Shown here piece by piece: positions 9,567 through 20,200 of a stretch of DNA of 64,000 nucleotides (the first letter of the stretch is position 1; each line of letters begins with the position of its first letter). The position numbers and the translations under genes are program-made. Under the pieces are notes generated by a model that worked only from the letters and a program-made list of their open reading frames with translations, ran no database searches and was not told the origin of the DNA. The stretch is from positions 192,001 to 256,000 of the forward strand of contig JBGARZ010000011.1 in assembly GCA_044229975.1 (NCBI GenBank). The letters run 5' to 3'. The DNA comes from Polyangiales bacterium (GTDB taxonomy: Bacteria > Myxococcota_A > Polyangia > Polyangiales > Ga0077539).

Positions 9567-11006
9567 CTACTCCGCCAGCGCCGAGCGCACCACCGCCGCC
9601 GCCGCCGCGCGCGGCAACCGCTCGGCCACCAGCACACGCCGCCCGACGCGCGCCACCAGCGACACCCGCCCGTCGCCCACGTCCCTCGCCGCCTGCGCGC
9701 CCGCCACCGTCGCCGCCGGTCGCGCCCCGTGCCGCCGACCGAGCACCGCCGCGGCCGCCTCGGCGAACTCCACCGCCTCGCGATCGGCCGCCACACCCCG
9801 CGCGCCCGCGACCGGGTCCATCACCACCGTCCAGAGCATCACGTCGCGCGCGAAGGTGTCGGCCGCCAGCGTCACGCCCGCGTCGCCCGTCGGCGTCATC
9901 GCGCCGCGCGGAACCAACAGCACCGCCCGGTCGCCGCCCCACCCCGCAGCCGCCGCGTGCGCCCGCTCGTCGGTGACGCCGTTGTAGAAATACAGCCGCG
10001 ACCCGAGCTCCCCCATCACGTCGTGATACCCGACCTCGTATTCGCCCGCGAGCGCCGGCGGAACCCTCACCGCCACCGCCACCGGCGCCTCGCGCGCGCT
10101 CAGCTTCTCGGCGTGCAGCACCTGCTCCGTCGAGTCCGGCGGGTGCGCCAGCAGCGCGTCGACCCGGCTGTACCCCTCGCCCGCCTGCAGCGCGCGCACG
10201 CACATCCCGAGGCCCGACAGGTACGGGAAGAGCAACGTCTCCCGCAGCGACCGCGGCGCCTCGCGCAGCCGCTGCTGATCAGCGCCTTGTAGCTGGCTCG
10301 CGACCATGGTCACCACGTCGGGCATGTCTCGCGCGCGACGACCCGCGGGTTGCAGCGCGTAGTCGAGCATCGCCGCCGTCGCGTCGCCCTCGATCACCGC
10401 CATGGCCGCCATCTGCGCGTCGCCGCGTCCGCGGACGTGGTGCGTGTACTGCCCGATGTGGAAGTGCTGGTCTTGCAGCGCGTGGGTGATCTCGTGCGCC
10501 ATGGTGACGGGCTGCGCCGCCAGCGGCAGCCACTCGGCGATGTAGAGCGTCTGCTCGTCGGGGTCGTAGAAGCCCGCGACCTGCTCCTCCAGCAGCTCGA
10601 ACATCGTGCGCTCGTAGTCCATCCCCTCGGGCAGCAACCCGAGGCGCTTGTTGAGCTGACCCTCCAGCGCGATCTCCCCGGGCGGATACTCCCGCGCGGT
10701 CTTCTCACGCATCCGCGCCACGATGGCGTCGCGGCTCATCACCCCGCGCCGCACCTCGCGCTCCACGCTCAGGCCCCGCAGGCGCGCCATGGTCTGGGCC
10801 GTCTCGGTCGCGAGCTCCATCAACCGCGTGGCCTGCGCCGACGGCGCGTCTCCCGTCGCCACGTCCGCGACCTGTGCGGTAGCGCCCGCGTCGACGTGGA
10901 CGTCCTCGACGGGCGCGGTGACGGTGGGCGGCGACGGGTGCTGCCGACAGCTCATCAGCCCGAGCGCCAGCAGCGCGATCACCCCGCGAAACGTTGGTCT
11001 TGCCAT
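9567..11006 (-). CDS. Putative zinc metallopeptidase lipoprotein (HExxH)
   Basis: Start MARPTFRG, lipobox LGLMSC, AGFYDP, AHEITHALQDQHF, EGDAT, FPYLSG, PPDSTEQVLH, AAAGWGGDR. Confidence 0.8.
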   Translation of the reverse strand: MARPTFRGVIALLALGLMSCRQHPSPPTVTAPVEDVHVDAGATAQVADVATGDAPSAQATRLMELATETAQTMARLRGLSVEREVRRGVMSRDAIVARMREKTAREYPPGEIALEGQLNKRLGLLPEGMDYERTMFELLEEQVAGFYDPDEQTLYIAEWLPLAAQPVTMAHEITHALQDQHFHIGQYTHHVRGRGDAQMAAMAVIEGDATAAMLDYALQPAGRRARDMPDVVTMVASQLQGADQQRLREAPRSLRETLLFPYLSGLGMCVRALQAGEGYSRVDALLAHPPDSTEQVLHAEKLSAREAPVAVAVRVPPALAGEYEVGYHDVMGELGSRLYFYNGVTDERAHAAAAGWGGDRAVLLVPRGAMTPTGDAGVTLAADTFARDVMLWTVVMDPVAGARGVAADREAVEFAEAAAAVLGRRHGARPAATVAGAQAARDVGDGRVSLVARVGRRVLVAERLPRAAAAAVVRSALAE

Positions 11007-11093
11007 GGAGCGCCGCACACTACGTAGCTCCCTCCCCGCTCGCCACTTCTCCCGACGGGCGAAACAACCTCTGGTAGCGTTCGCGGCAATCCC

Positions 11094-12494
11094 ATGAGCG
11101 ACGCCATCGACCGCAAGCGCCGACGCCCCCGCGCGCCCACCACGGCCCTCGACCTCAGCCTCGACGCCCTCGCGCGCAACGACCCCGACCAGTGCCTCCG
11201 CATCGCCATCCCGGTGCTCGACGACTACGGCGCCGGGGCGCCCGCCATCGACGTCATCGGCCGCGCCGCCGTGGCCATCGGCTCCATGGGCCTCGCGCGA
11301 CTCGCCTTCGAGACGGCAGCCCGCGCCCTCGCCGTGCAGGGCCTCGCCGCCCACGCCGTCGCCGCCGCCATCGCCGTGAAGCGCCTCACCTCGCGGGGCG
11401 ATCTGCTCACCGAGCTCGCGGGGGTGTTTGGTGCTCATGCCGTGCGCAACCGCGACGTGTCGGTGCTGCCGCCTCCGCTCGCGAGCGAGCGCGTCGTCGA
11501 GCTCGGCGACCTGCCGCGCGCGGAGCTCATCGCCCTCGCACAGAAGAAGATCGAGGCGCTCAAGGCAGGTCTGCCCGAGAAGCTCCCGGCGCGCGCGCGG
11601 CTGCCGCTGTGGGGGTCGCTCCCGCGTGGTGCCTTCGAGCGGCTGGCGCAGGCGATGGAGGTGCGGGTGTTCGCCACGGCGCACGAGGCCATCCGCGAGG
11701 GCGACCGCGGCGGCAGCCTCTTCGTGGTGGCGCGCGGCGAGGTGCGCATCGCCCGCCACGACGCGACACCGCGCGAGGACGACGTGGAGGTCGACGAGCC
11801 GACGCCGCGGGAGTCGATGCCCGCGGAGCTGCCCGACGACCTGGAAGAGCTGGCGGTGCTGGGGGCCGAGGCGGTGTTCGGCGAGATGGCGCTGCTGACG
11901 GAGGCGCCGCGCGCGGCGAGCGTTCATACGACGCGGGCGTCCATCGTGCTGGAGGCGCCGCCCGCGGCGCTGGCGCAGGCGGTGAAGGAGGTTCCGGCGC
12001 TGGGGCAGGAGCTGCTGGCGTTCAGCCGACAGCGGCTGGTGCAGAACCTCCTGCGGACGGCGCCGTTGCTGCGGGAGATTCCGCCGAGCGAGCGGGCCGC
12101 GCTGGCGGGTGCTTTCGAGACGCGGGAGTTCGTGGCGGGGGACGTTCTCTTCGCGCAGGGGAGCGAGTCGACGGGCTTGTTTCTCGTGGCGTCGGGGCGG
12201 GTCGAGGTGCGCGCGACGCAGGACGACGGGAGCGACCTGGTGATGGGCGCCATCGATCCGGGCGGCTGCGTGGGGGAGATCTCGCTGGTGCTGCGGCGGC
12301 CGACCACGGCGACGGTGGTGGCGACCGAGCCGACGACGGCGCTGGTGCTCGCGCCCGCGAACTTCATGGGCATCGTGCGGCAGCACCCCGCGCTGCTGGC
12401 GTCGCTCTACGAGCTGGCGGTGTCGCGCGAGGAGGAGCTGCTACAGGTGACCGCGCAGGCGGCCGAAAACGCGGACGACCTCGTCATGGTGTGA
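11094..12494 (+). CDS. Tandem cyclic-nucleotide-binding domain protein
   Basis: Two cNMP-binding motifs: FGEMALL..APRAASV and VGEISLV..RPTTATV. Confidence 0.88.
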   Translation: MSDAIDRKRRRPRAPTTALDLSLDALARNDPDQCLRIAIPVLDDYGAGAPAIDVIGRAAVAIGSMGLARLAFETAARALAVQGLAAHAVAAAIAVKRLTSRGDLLTELAGVFGAHAVRNRDVSVLPPPLASERVVELGDLPRAELIALAQKKIEALKAGLPEKLPARARLPLWGSLPRGAFERLAQAMEVRVFATAHEAIREGDRGGSLFVVARGEVRIARHDATPREDDVEVDEPTPRESMPAELPDDLEELAVLGAEAVFGEMALLTEAPRAASVHTTRASIVLEAPPAALAQAVKEVPALGQELLAFSRQRLVQNLLRTAPLLREIPPSERAALAGAFETREFVAGDVLFAQGSESTGLFLVASGRVEVRATQDDGSDLVMGAIDPGGCVGEISLVLRRPTTATVVATEPTTALVLAPANFMGIVRQHPALLASLYELAVSREEELLQVTAQAAENADDLVMV

Positions 12495-12506
12495 GCGGAG
12501 ACGGCC

Positions 12507-13892
12507 ATGTACCTACGACGGCTGCGCGTCCAGCGCATGAAGCTCCTCCGCGACGTGGAGCTCGACTTTACGGACACCGATGGGACGTCGATCCGAAATT
12601 GGACCGTCATCATCGGAAAGAACGGCACGGGCAAGAGCTCGCTGCTCCAGGCCATTGCCCTCGCATCTGCGGGGAGCCTCCAGGTGAACACGCTCGCGGG
12701 ACGCACGGTCGGGCACCTCCGCGATCGGCGCTCGGAAGATCCGTTGAAGATCGAGGCGGACTTCGAGTTCAACGACGGAGAGTGTGCTTCAGCACTTCAC
12801 CCTACTCTCACGGGAACCATTCGGCAGCCGCTAAGAATCCACTCTTCTGCGACGCTTGGTGTTGGCGAGACCACCATTCGCGCGAGCTCCGCGTATCAAC
12901 CATCAGAGGTCTCCTCGCCCGAGCTCGATCCTCTCGACACCGCACGCTCACGCAATACGCCGCACTGGTTCGTCGCAGGGTACGGAGTGGCGCGTTTCCT
13001 CCCTGACATCGGCCGCGCCGTTCCACTCGATCGCCCCTCCATCGAGCGACTGCAACCGCTCTTCGATCCCACCACGGCGCTCACTAGCACCAACTTCTCC
13101 AGCTACTTCGGTGAGGATGAGCAGAAGGCGAGGATGTTTCACCTCGTCCTCAAGCACGCCATGCTCAACGTCGATTCGCTCCTCCCAGACATCTCTGACC
13201 TCGAACTGCGAGGATCAGGTGGCGTGAAGAAGCCAGGTGACCTGCTGGAGCGAGACCGGTTCTGGCAGAAGGTAGGCAGCACAGAACTCAAGATACCCGG
13301 CCTCGCACTTGCACATGGATACCAGTCCTCCATCGCGTGGCTGGCCGATCTAGTTGGACACGTCTTGCTAGAAGCCGACGGTCAGGTCGAGCCAGACCGC
13401 ATGGAAGGCCTGGTACTCGTTGACGAGATCGACCTCTATCTCCACCCGGTCTGGCAGGCGACGCTCATTCCCGCGCTGCGCAAGACCTTCCCTCAGATGC
13501 AGTTCGTCGTCACGACCCACTCTCCCGTGGTGCTTTCTGGGGTGGCGCCACACGAGATCATCCGCCTTGCATCCTATGGGGACGATGGAGACGTCGTCGA
13601 GGTCGTGCATCACCCCGAGACCGGTGACGTGGTGCCCGCCGCCGAGATGCATGGGAATGGCATTCGCCCAGATGCGCGGATGATGACCGGAAGCGAGATC
13701 TTCCGCGAACACTTCGAACTGCCGGACCCGATGCCCAACCCGATGGGCGACGAGCTCCGGCGATACGCCATGTTCGCTGCTGATCCGTTTCGCACCGATG
13801 CGGAGCATCAGACGATGTTGTCCCTCCGGGATGAGCTCAAGAAGAAGGAGATCACTGAACTCCCAGTCCCCAGGCGACGGAAGAAGTCGTGA
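12507..13892 (+). CDS. ABC/AAA_21-type ATPase (PtuA-like)
   Basis: Walker A GKNGTGKS, degenerate signature LAHGYQS, Walker B VLVDEIDLYLHP, H-loop TTHSP. Confidence 0.9.
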   Translation: MYLRRLRVQRMKLLRDVELDFTDTDGTSIRNWTVIIGKNGTGKSSLLQAIALASAGSLQVNTLAGRTVGHLRDRRSEDPLKIEADFEFNDGECASALHPTLTGTIRQPLRIHSSATLGVGETTIRASSAYQPSEVSSPELDPLDTARSRNTPHWFVAGYGVARFLPDIGRAVPLDRPSIERLQPLFDPTTALTSTNFSSYFGEDEQKARMFHLVLKHAMLNVDSLLPDISDLELRGSGGVKKPGDLLERDRFWQKVGSTELKIPGLALAHGYQSSIAWLADLVGHVLLEADGQVEPDRMEGLVLVDEIDLYLHPVWQATLIPALRKTFPQMQFVVTTHSPVVLSGVAPHEIIRLASYGDDGDVVEVVHHPETGDVVPAAEMHGNGIRPDARMMTGSEIFREHFELPDPMPNPMGDELRRYAMFAADPFRTDAEHQTMLSLRDELKKKEITELPVPRRRKKS

Positions 13893-14755
13893 TCCGCGTC
13901 GTCCGTCCCGCTTCGGTTCCGAAGAAGCTACAGACGCAGCGAGCGGCTGGGCTGAAGCGCGCGTTCAAGGCACTCAACGCTCACGGCGAGGTCTCCAAAG
14001 AACTGAAAGAGCAGCTCAAGCCATACGATGGCGGCAAGGAGACCCTGTTCCTGATGCAGCACCGCAAGTGCGCCTATTGCGACCGCCGTGCTGGGCTCGA
14101 AGGCAATCACGTCGAGCACTTCCGCCCGAAGCGCGAAGCCTGTCGTCACCTGCCGGGCGACAAGCCCCCCATCGTCGACGCCGTGGGCTACTGGTGGCTG
14201 ACCTGGACGTGGTCGAACCACCTGTTCGTCTGCGCTTCCTGCAACACAGGCTTCAAGCAGAACCACTTCCCGCTCGCTGCCGGTTCGCCGTCCCTCTCCG
14301 GCCCGAAGTCGCCGTATCCGCACACGGACCTCCAGCCGCAACACGAGAACGTCGCCATCGAGTCTGCACTCCTCGTCGACCCCGCCACCGAGGACCCACT
14401 CGATCACATCGAGTGGCGCCTCGTGAACCCGACCGAGCCGCGGACTCTCTGGAAATGGAACCCCGCCGGGCTCACGCCGCGTGGCGAAGCGACCATCAGG
14501 GTGCTTGGTCTCGTCAGTCTCGCCTACGACGTCGGCGCCCATGTTCGTGACCATCTGATAGCTCGCACGACCGAGATCTGCGACCTCATCGACGGCGGTC
14601 AGCACACCACTGCGCACCAACGCTGGCTCGCGCTCGGCAAGGACGTCGCGAGCTCCCACTGCGCCCTCGCGGGCCCCACCTGGAACGCCCTCCACGTCCT
14701 CGTCGACGCGCCCCGTCGTGCGGCAGCCTCACTGCCCGACCTGCCCCGCCCCTGA
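13889..14755 (+). CDS. HNH endonuclease (PtuB-like)
   Basis: KCAYCD...HVEHFRPK...WSNHLFVCASCN...KQNHFP. GTGA overlap with the ATPase stop. Confidence 0.88.
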   Translation: MIRVVRPASVPKKLQTQRAAGLKRAFKALNAHGEVSKELKEQLKPYDGGKETLFLMQHRKCAYCDRRAGLEGNHVEHFRPKREACRHLPGDKPPIVDAVGYWWLTWTWSNHLFVCASCNTGFKQNHFPLAAGSPSLSGPKSPYPHTDLQPQHENVAIESALLVDPATEDPLDHIEWRLVNPTEPRTLWKWNPAGLTPRGEATIRVLGLVSLAYDVGAHVRDHLIARTTEICDLIDGGQHTTAHQRWLALGKDVASSHCALAGPTWNALHVLVDAPRRAAASLPDLPRP

Positions 14756-14774
14756 AACCCGCCTACCGCTTCGC

Positions 14775-16211
14775 CTACCGCTTCGCCCGCCGCTTCGCCC
14801 GTCGCGTCAGCATCGTCAGCAGCCGATCGGCCAGCCCCCTCAGCGCCGGCGCGCCCGCCGCCACCTCGATGTGCTCGTCGCCCAGCGTCCACTGCTCCCC
14901 GTCGACGCGCACCCACGCCGCGCGCTCGACGGCGTCGTCCTCCGCGAGCGGCGAGCACACCACCCGACCCGCCGTCGGAACCTCCTCCCACGTCCGCGCC
15001 ACCTGCAACACCACCCGCCGGTGCGCCACCTCCGCGGCCAGCGGCAGCGAGAGCAGCGCCCGCTCCTCCTCGGCGACCTCCGCGTCACTCGGGCGCTCCA
15101 CCAGCCACACCACGGCGCACCGCGACCCCGTCGGACCAAACACCCGCAGCAGGTCACCCTGCAACGCCAGCGCGAGCGCCTCGGTGAGCACCAGCGTCTG
15201 CGCCGGCAGCGTCGGGTGCTTGTGCCGCTGCTCCGACGGGCGGTGCAACACCACCGTGAGGTCGCGCCGCGCGTCGAGCAGGGGCGACTCGTCGCGGGTG
15301 TAGAAGAGCAGCTCGTTTTCCGCGAAGCGGACGTCGAACAGGTCGACCCCGCCGCGCTCGGTGCTCCCCTCGCCCACGTAGGCCACCTCGCTGCGAACGA
15401 GGTTCTCGAACGCACCGCGCGTGCTGATCGCGTCGAAGCCGCCCGCCGGGTACTGGTCGCTCTCCTCCGCCTCGATGGGCACCTCCCTCGCCTTGTGCCG
15501 CAGCGACAGCGCGACGGAGGGAGACACCGCACCGATGCGCGACGTGAGCCCGAGGATGGTCCGCAGCGCCAGGCGCGCGCTCTCGCTCGGAAGCTCCGGG
15601 AGGTGCGCGATCTCCCAGAGGTCTTCGGGGCGGAAGAGCCTCCCCGGCGGCAGCGCCTTCACGCACGCCGCGTGCTGCGCGTCGGCCCACTCGCGCCACT
15701 CGTCGCTTACCCGCTCGTGTAACGTCTCCGGGTCGTCGAGCAGGGCGGGGCTGAGCTCGTTGCTCCACGCGCGCAGGTGCGCCGGGTTGCCGCGGGCGAC
15801 GTCCTCGGCGGCGAGCAGCGGCCCAGAGAGCGCGAGCCCGACGGCGTGGGCGACGGCGGCGTCGCGGCGCAGGGCGGGCATGCCCGCGATGGCCACGTGG
15901 GCGTCGAGCACCGTCGGGTCGATGGCCCAGCGGCCGAGCACGCGGTCTTCGTAGGCGAGCCGCGCGGCGCGGGTGGCGTCCGACCAGCGACCCAGCGAGC
16001 GCGTCGAGGCGAAGCGAAACTCCCGACCGCGCAAGAGCAGCAACCCCAGGTCGTGGACGAGGTGCAGCGGCAGGTGGTCATCGCCCGCGCCCCAGCGCAC
16101 GAGCAGCCAGCGCACCGAAGCAGGGAGCGTCTCGGCGAGGGGGTCGGCGCAGCCCACGCGGTCGATCCACGCGAGCAATGCGGAGGGGAGCTGCGAGCGC
16201 TGGAGGTGCAT
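14775..16211 (-). CDS. Hypothetical protein, possibly MoxR/vWA-associated
   Basis: YPAGGFDAISTRGAFENLVRSE...DLFDVRFAENELLFYTRDE resembles a segment I recall from vWA-type partners of MoxR ternary systems. Not verified. Confidence 0.55.
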   Translation of the reverse strand: MHLQRSQLPSALLAWIDRVGCADPLAETLPASVRWLLVRWGAGDDHLPLHLVHDLGLLLLRGREFRFASTRSLGRWSDATRAARLAYEDRVLGRWAIDPTVLDAHVAIAGMPALRRDAAVAHAVGLALSGPLLAAEDVARGNPAHLRAWSNELSPALLDDPETLHERVSDEWREWADAQHAACVKALPPGRLFRPEDLWEIAHLPELPSESARLALRTILGLTSRIGAVSPSVALSLRHKAREVPIEAEESDQYPAGGFDAISTRGAFENLVRSEVAYVGEGSTERGGVDLFDVRFAENELLFYTRDESPLLDARRDLTVVLHRPSEQRHKHPTLPAQTLVLTEALALALQGDLLRVFGPTGSRCAVVWLVERPSDAEVAEEERALLSLPLAAEVAHRRVVLQVARTWEEVPTAGRVVCSPLAEDDAVERAAWVRVDGEQWTLGDEHIEVAAGAPALRGLADRLLTMLTRRAKRRAKR

Positions 16212-16245
16212 CGCGCGAGGCGGGTCGTACGGTGCGGTCAGCGGG

Positions 16246-16665
16246 TCAGAAGCTCACGCGCGACGCGCCATCGCCGTTGGCGGGGGCGTCGGCGGTGCGG
16301 GCATCGGCGTCGCGGCTGTTGGTGGACCACTGGTAGTACGCGATGGCGCCCTCCCCGAGGGCCTTGAGCGCCGCGCCCGTCAGGATGGCGCTCGCCACGG
16401 TGCCCGCCCACGGGACGAGCCGCGCGGCCCGCGAGGCCGAGCCCAGCGCGAACTCCCCGGCGCCCAGCACGGCAGCGGCGGCTGCCTGCTCGACCGGCGA
16501 GGTGTCGGCCCCGTAGGCCTCCTGCACGTCCTTGATGACCTTCATCCCCAGCGCCGCCACCGCGGGGGCGGCGAAGCGAAACGGCAGCAGCCCGAGGCCG
16601 GCGCCGATCATCGCGGACTGGTTCACCTTCTTGCGGCTGTCTTCACGTCGTCCCACGGGCGTCAT
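16246..16665 (-). CDS. Small membrane protein (DUF697-like)
   Basis: Gly/Ala-rich helices, LVPWAGTVASAILTGAALKALGEGAIAYY. Confidence 0.55.
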   Translation of the reverse strand: MTPVGRREDSRKKVNQSAMIGAGLGLLPFRFAAPAVAALGMKVIKDVQEAYGADTSPVEQAAAAAVLGAGEFALGSASRAARLVPWAGTVASAILTGAALKALGEGAIAYYQWSTNSRDADARTADAPANGDGASRVSF

Positions 16666-16689
16666 CGAACACCACCGACCCGGTGACGG

Positions 16690-17169
16690 TCAACCCGCGA
16701 CGGCGGCGCGCGCGATGTTGTCGAGGCAGGTCTGCATCGCCTTCTGGAAGTTGCGCGACACCAGGCCCACCAACAGACGACCGCCGAGGCCGTGCTCATG
16801 GATGGTGTACTCCCACGTGACGCGCGCGCCGTCGCCGTCCTCGGCGAAGCGCCACTCGCTCACCATGTTGGAGCAGATGATGCGCTGGAGGAGGTTCATC
16901 TTCGCCATGTCGTAGCGGTGCAGGCGCGGGGCGTCGAAGGCGAGGACGCGCTCCTGGATGGAGGTTCCGTCGGAGAGGGCGACGTCGCGGAGGGTGCCGG
17001 CGAGGGGTGGGTCTTCGCGGCCCACGAGCACCGCCGACCGGATGCCCGGGATGAGCGGCTTGTGACCCGAGAAGAAGCGCGCGAGGTTGCTGGTGCGCCC
17101 GGCGGCGAGCGCAAACACGGCTTCGACGGGGCGGGGGATGCGCACCTCGGCGCGGACGGTGGTGGTCAT
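16690..17169 (-). CDS. SRPBCC (START/polyketide cyclase-like) family protein
   Basis: IPRPVEAVF N-terminus, ERVLAFDAP, EWRF...GARVTWEY, C-terminal helix. Confidence 0.8.
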   Translation of the reverse strand: MTTTVRAEVRIPRPVEAVFALAAGRTSNLARFFSGHKPLIPGIRSAVLVGREDPPLAGTLRDVALSDGTSIQERVLAFDAPRLHRYDMAKMNLLQRIICSNMVSEWRFAEDGDGARVTWEYTIHEHGLGGRLLVGLVSRNFQKAMQTCLDNIARAAVAG

Positions 17170-17213
17170 TGGAGGGTTGGCGCCGGAGTGTAGACGAAGT
17201 CCGGCGCGGCGGG

Positions 17214-20200
17214 TCAGCGACGGCGACGACGGCGGAGCAGCGCGACGGCACCGAAGAGCAGGCCGGGCACGCCGCGCAGGCCGAGCGGGCCGTGGGTTCC
17301 GACGCCGCCCTGCACGGAGCAGAGGCCGCCATCGTCCGCGGGCGGAGGAGTGCCTGCGTCGGCAGGAGTGGTGCCTGCGTCGGACGGGGTGGTGAAGGCG
17401 TCGACCGGGGTGGTGACAGCGTCGACCGGGGTGGTGACGGCGTCGACCAGTGTGGTGACAGCGTCGACCGGGGTGGTGAAGGCGTCGACCGGAGTGGTGA
17501 CAGCGTCGACCGGGGTGGTGAAGGCGTCGACCGGAGTGGTGAAGGCGTCGACCAGGGTGGTGACGGCGTCAGCGACGCCCGCGTCTGTCACCGTCGGTAC
17601 ATCCACAGCCACGACCGGCATATCGACGGGCACTGCCGGAACGTCGACCCCGGCGTCCGTCGGCCCGACCACCACGCCGTCGTCGCGCACGAACAGCCCG
17701 AGCACTACGGTCGTGCCCAGGTCGCGCACGTAGAGGTCGTAGGTCACGAGCGTCGAGCCGTGCGTGTCCGACGCGGTGGAGAAGTTCACCCGCGTGCGCG
17801 GTTGCGCCTCGGTCAGCAGCATCGGGGTCGCGTCGAGGGCGGCGCCCGCCGGGGACACCCGCACCGCGCGCAGCCTGCGGTCGTCGGCGTTGGACCACAC
17901 CGCGACGAAGTTGCTCCCGTTGAACGAGAGCGCGACGTCCGTGGCCGTCGCACCCGTCGATCCGAGCACCAGCGGCGTCGCTGCGACCGGCGCGCCGTCG
18001 AGGCCGAGGCGCGTCGCGCGCACCTGTCGCGAGGCGTCGATCCAGGTCATCAGGTGGGTGCCGCCGCCGAACGACAGCCGCAGCCCGGCGTACACGGCAC
18101 CCAGGGTGCTCAGGCTGCGCGGCGACAGCTCGGTGAAGTCGCCCGAGGCGTCGAGGCGGCGGACGTAGATCCCGGTCGGGCCCGCGGAATACGCCATCAG
18201 GTAACGCGTTCCGTCGAAGTCGCCGCCCAACGTGTACGCGGTCGGCAGCGGGATGCTCGCCGCGTCGAGGCGCGCGCCCGCCGCGTCGAAGCGGAAGATC
18301 GCCGTGGTGGTCGGGACGCTCCCAGACTCGCCCTGGAAGAACAGGATCCGCTGCCCGCTGCCGCGCACCGCCGTCGCCCGCCCGGGGGAGGTCGAGAGCC
18401 TGGTCACCGGGCCCGTGGTGCGCGCGTTCATGTCGAGCGCGAGCTGCGAGATGCCGCTGTTGCCGATGTTGCCGAACACCTGAAGCGTCGACCCTTCGAG
18501 GAGCAACGCGGCGGCGTTGTTGAGCCCGTAGTTGTCCACCGTGCTGGCCACCGCGGGCGCGTCGCGCACCACCCCGGCGGCCGAGATGCGGACGAATCGC
18601 GGGTTGTTGGGGATGACGGGCGGCGGGGTCCACGACGTGGCGAACTCCGTCCCGTCGCAGTCCGTCACCGGCGCGGTCTGCGACTGGTACGCGGACGTCA
18701 GCGCGGCCGGGGACCCCGAGAGGGCGCCGTTGCTCGCGACGCGCTGGGCGTAGCGCCACAGCCGCGTGCTGGGGATGGTCCCCGCCGGGGGAACAGCGTA
18801 ACGCATCACGAAGAAGCCCCCGACGTCGGCGCTCAGCAGCGTGTTGGCCTCGACCGACCCCGCGCTCACCGACGGGATGACGATCGGCGCCGTGTCGAGG
18901 CGGGCGCCGTCGGCGGAGAAGCGCACCAGCGACGCGAGGTCGACCACCACCCACTGCGACCCGTCCCAGAGAGGGAGCGCAGTGGTGGTCGACATCTCGC
19001 TTTCGAGGATTCCGGCCGCCGACGCAATCGGGGCGAGCTCGCGATCGAGCGCGAGGCCGTAGAGGCCCGCGAGCCGCGGCCCCGACGCCTGGGCGCGGAA
19101 CGTCAGGAACAGCCTGCTCCCGTTGGAGGCGAGCGACGGCACGGTCCGCCGGGCGCCGACGGTGGTCACCGGCCGCCCTCCCGGGTCTTGCACCACGCCG
19201 TCCAGCCCGATGCGGGCGACCCGGATGTCCGCGGTCTCCCCCACGGGGATCTCACTCCAGGCCACCACGAAGCGGTCGTCGAGTGCGGTGATCGAGCGAG
19301 CGCCGAACTCGTATCCCGCCGGAGGCGTCGCGACGACCACCGGCGACGCGTCGAGCACGGTGCCCTCCGGCGTGAAGCGAGTGACCACCACCTGGGTGCC
19401 GCGGCGGCTCAACAGCATGCAGCGCGACGCGTTGCAGGCGAGGTCGACCAGGGTGCTGTCGGTCTGCAACGCCATCACGGCGACAGTCGTGTTGCCGCTC
19501 GCGTCGAGGCGGGCGCCCACGACGCGCGTCCCCTCCTGCCAGACCACCCACGCTCCGTTGCCGCTCGCAGCCGTCCAGAAGCTCCCGGTTCGCGCGTCGC
19601 TGCCAGGCACCTCGCGGAACGAGCCCGGCACCTTCGCGTGAGCCGAGTCGAGCCGCTGCACCATCACCGGTCGCGCGATGACGGTGCCGTCGACGTTGGC
19701 CGTGAGCGAGGTGAAGACCAGCGAGCCCGCGGTGGTGCGAACCAGCCGGGTGTCGTTGGGCGCGTTGTACACCTCGCCCGACGCCTCCATCGCAAACGCA
19801 GGCGTGATCATCGGGTCGAGCACTGCCGGGAACGTCGACGCCGCCACCACCGACGCCGGCACGTTCATCGCGACGCGCGCCCCGTCCCACCGCGCGGGCA
19901 CCGCCGTGCGCCGCCCCTCGGCGTCGACCCACGTCGCGTGGCCGTAGCGCAGCAGCTCGCCGGTCGCAGTCCGCAGCCACAGCCCGTCGTCGGCGACGTG
20001 GTCGAGCGATGCGCCCGTGAGCGACACCGTCACCGCGACGCGATCACCCGCAGGCCGCGCGGAGTAGCGCCACGACTGCTCGACCCCCAGCGATGCGCTC
20101 GCCCAGCGCTCCTGCACGCCGTCACCGTGGGTGAGCGTCACGTCACCCGACGCCTCGCGATGGACCTCCGTCACCGGCCCGAGCCCGCCCGTCTCCGCGG

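Noticed and set aside
12507..14755. Retron (Ec78-type)
   Set aside because: No reverse transcriptase and no room for an msr-msd ncRNA.
14761..14808. 12-bp tandem GCCTACCGCTTC as a target-site duplication of the ATPase-HNH cassette
   Set aside because: No matching copy at the other end (12494-12506). It looks like local slippage at the end of the convergent gene.
17345..17573. 21-bp repeats as a CRISPR array
   Set aside because: Head-to-tail with no unique spacers, in-frame within a CDS, and no cas genes.
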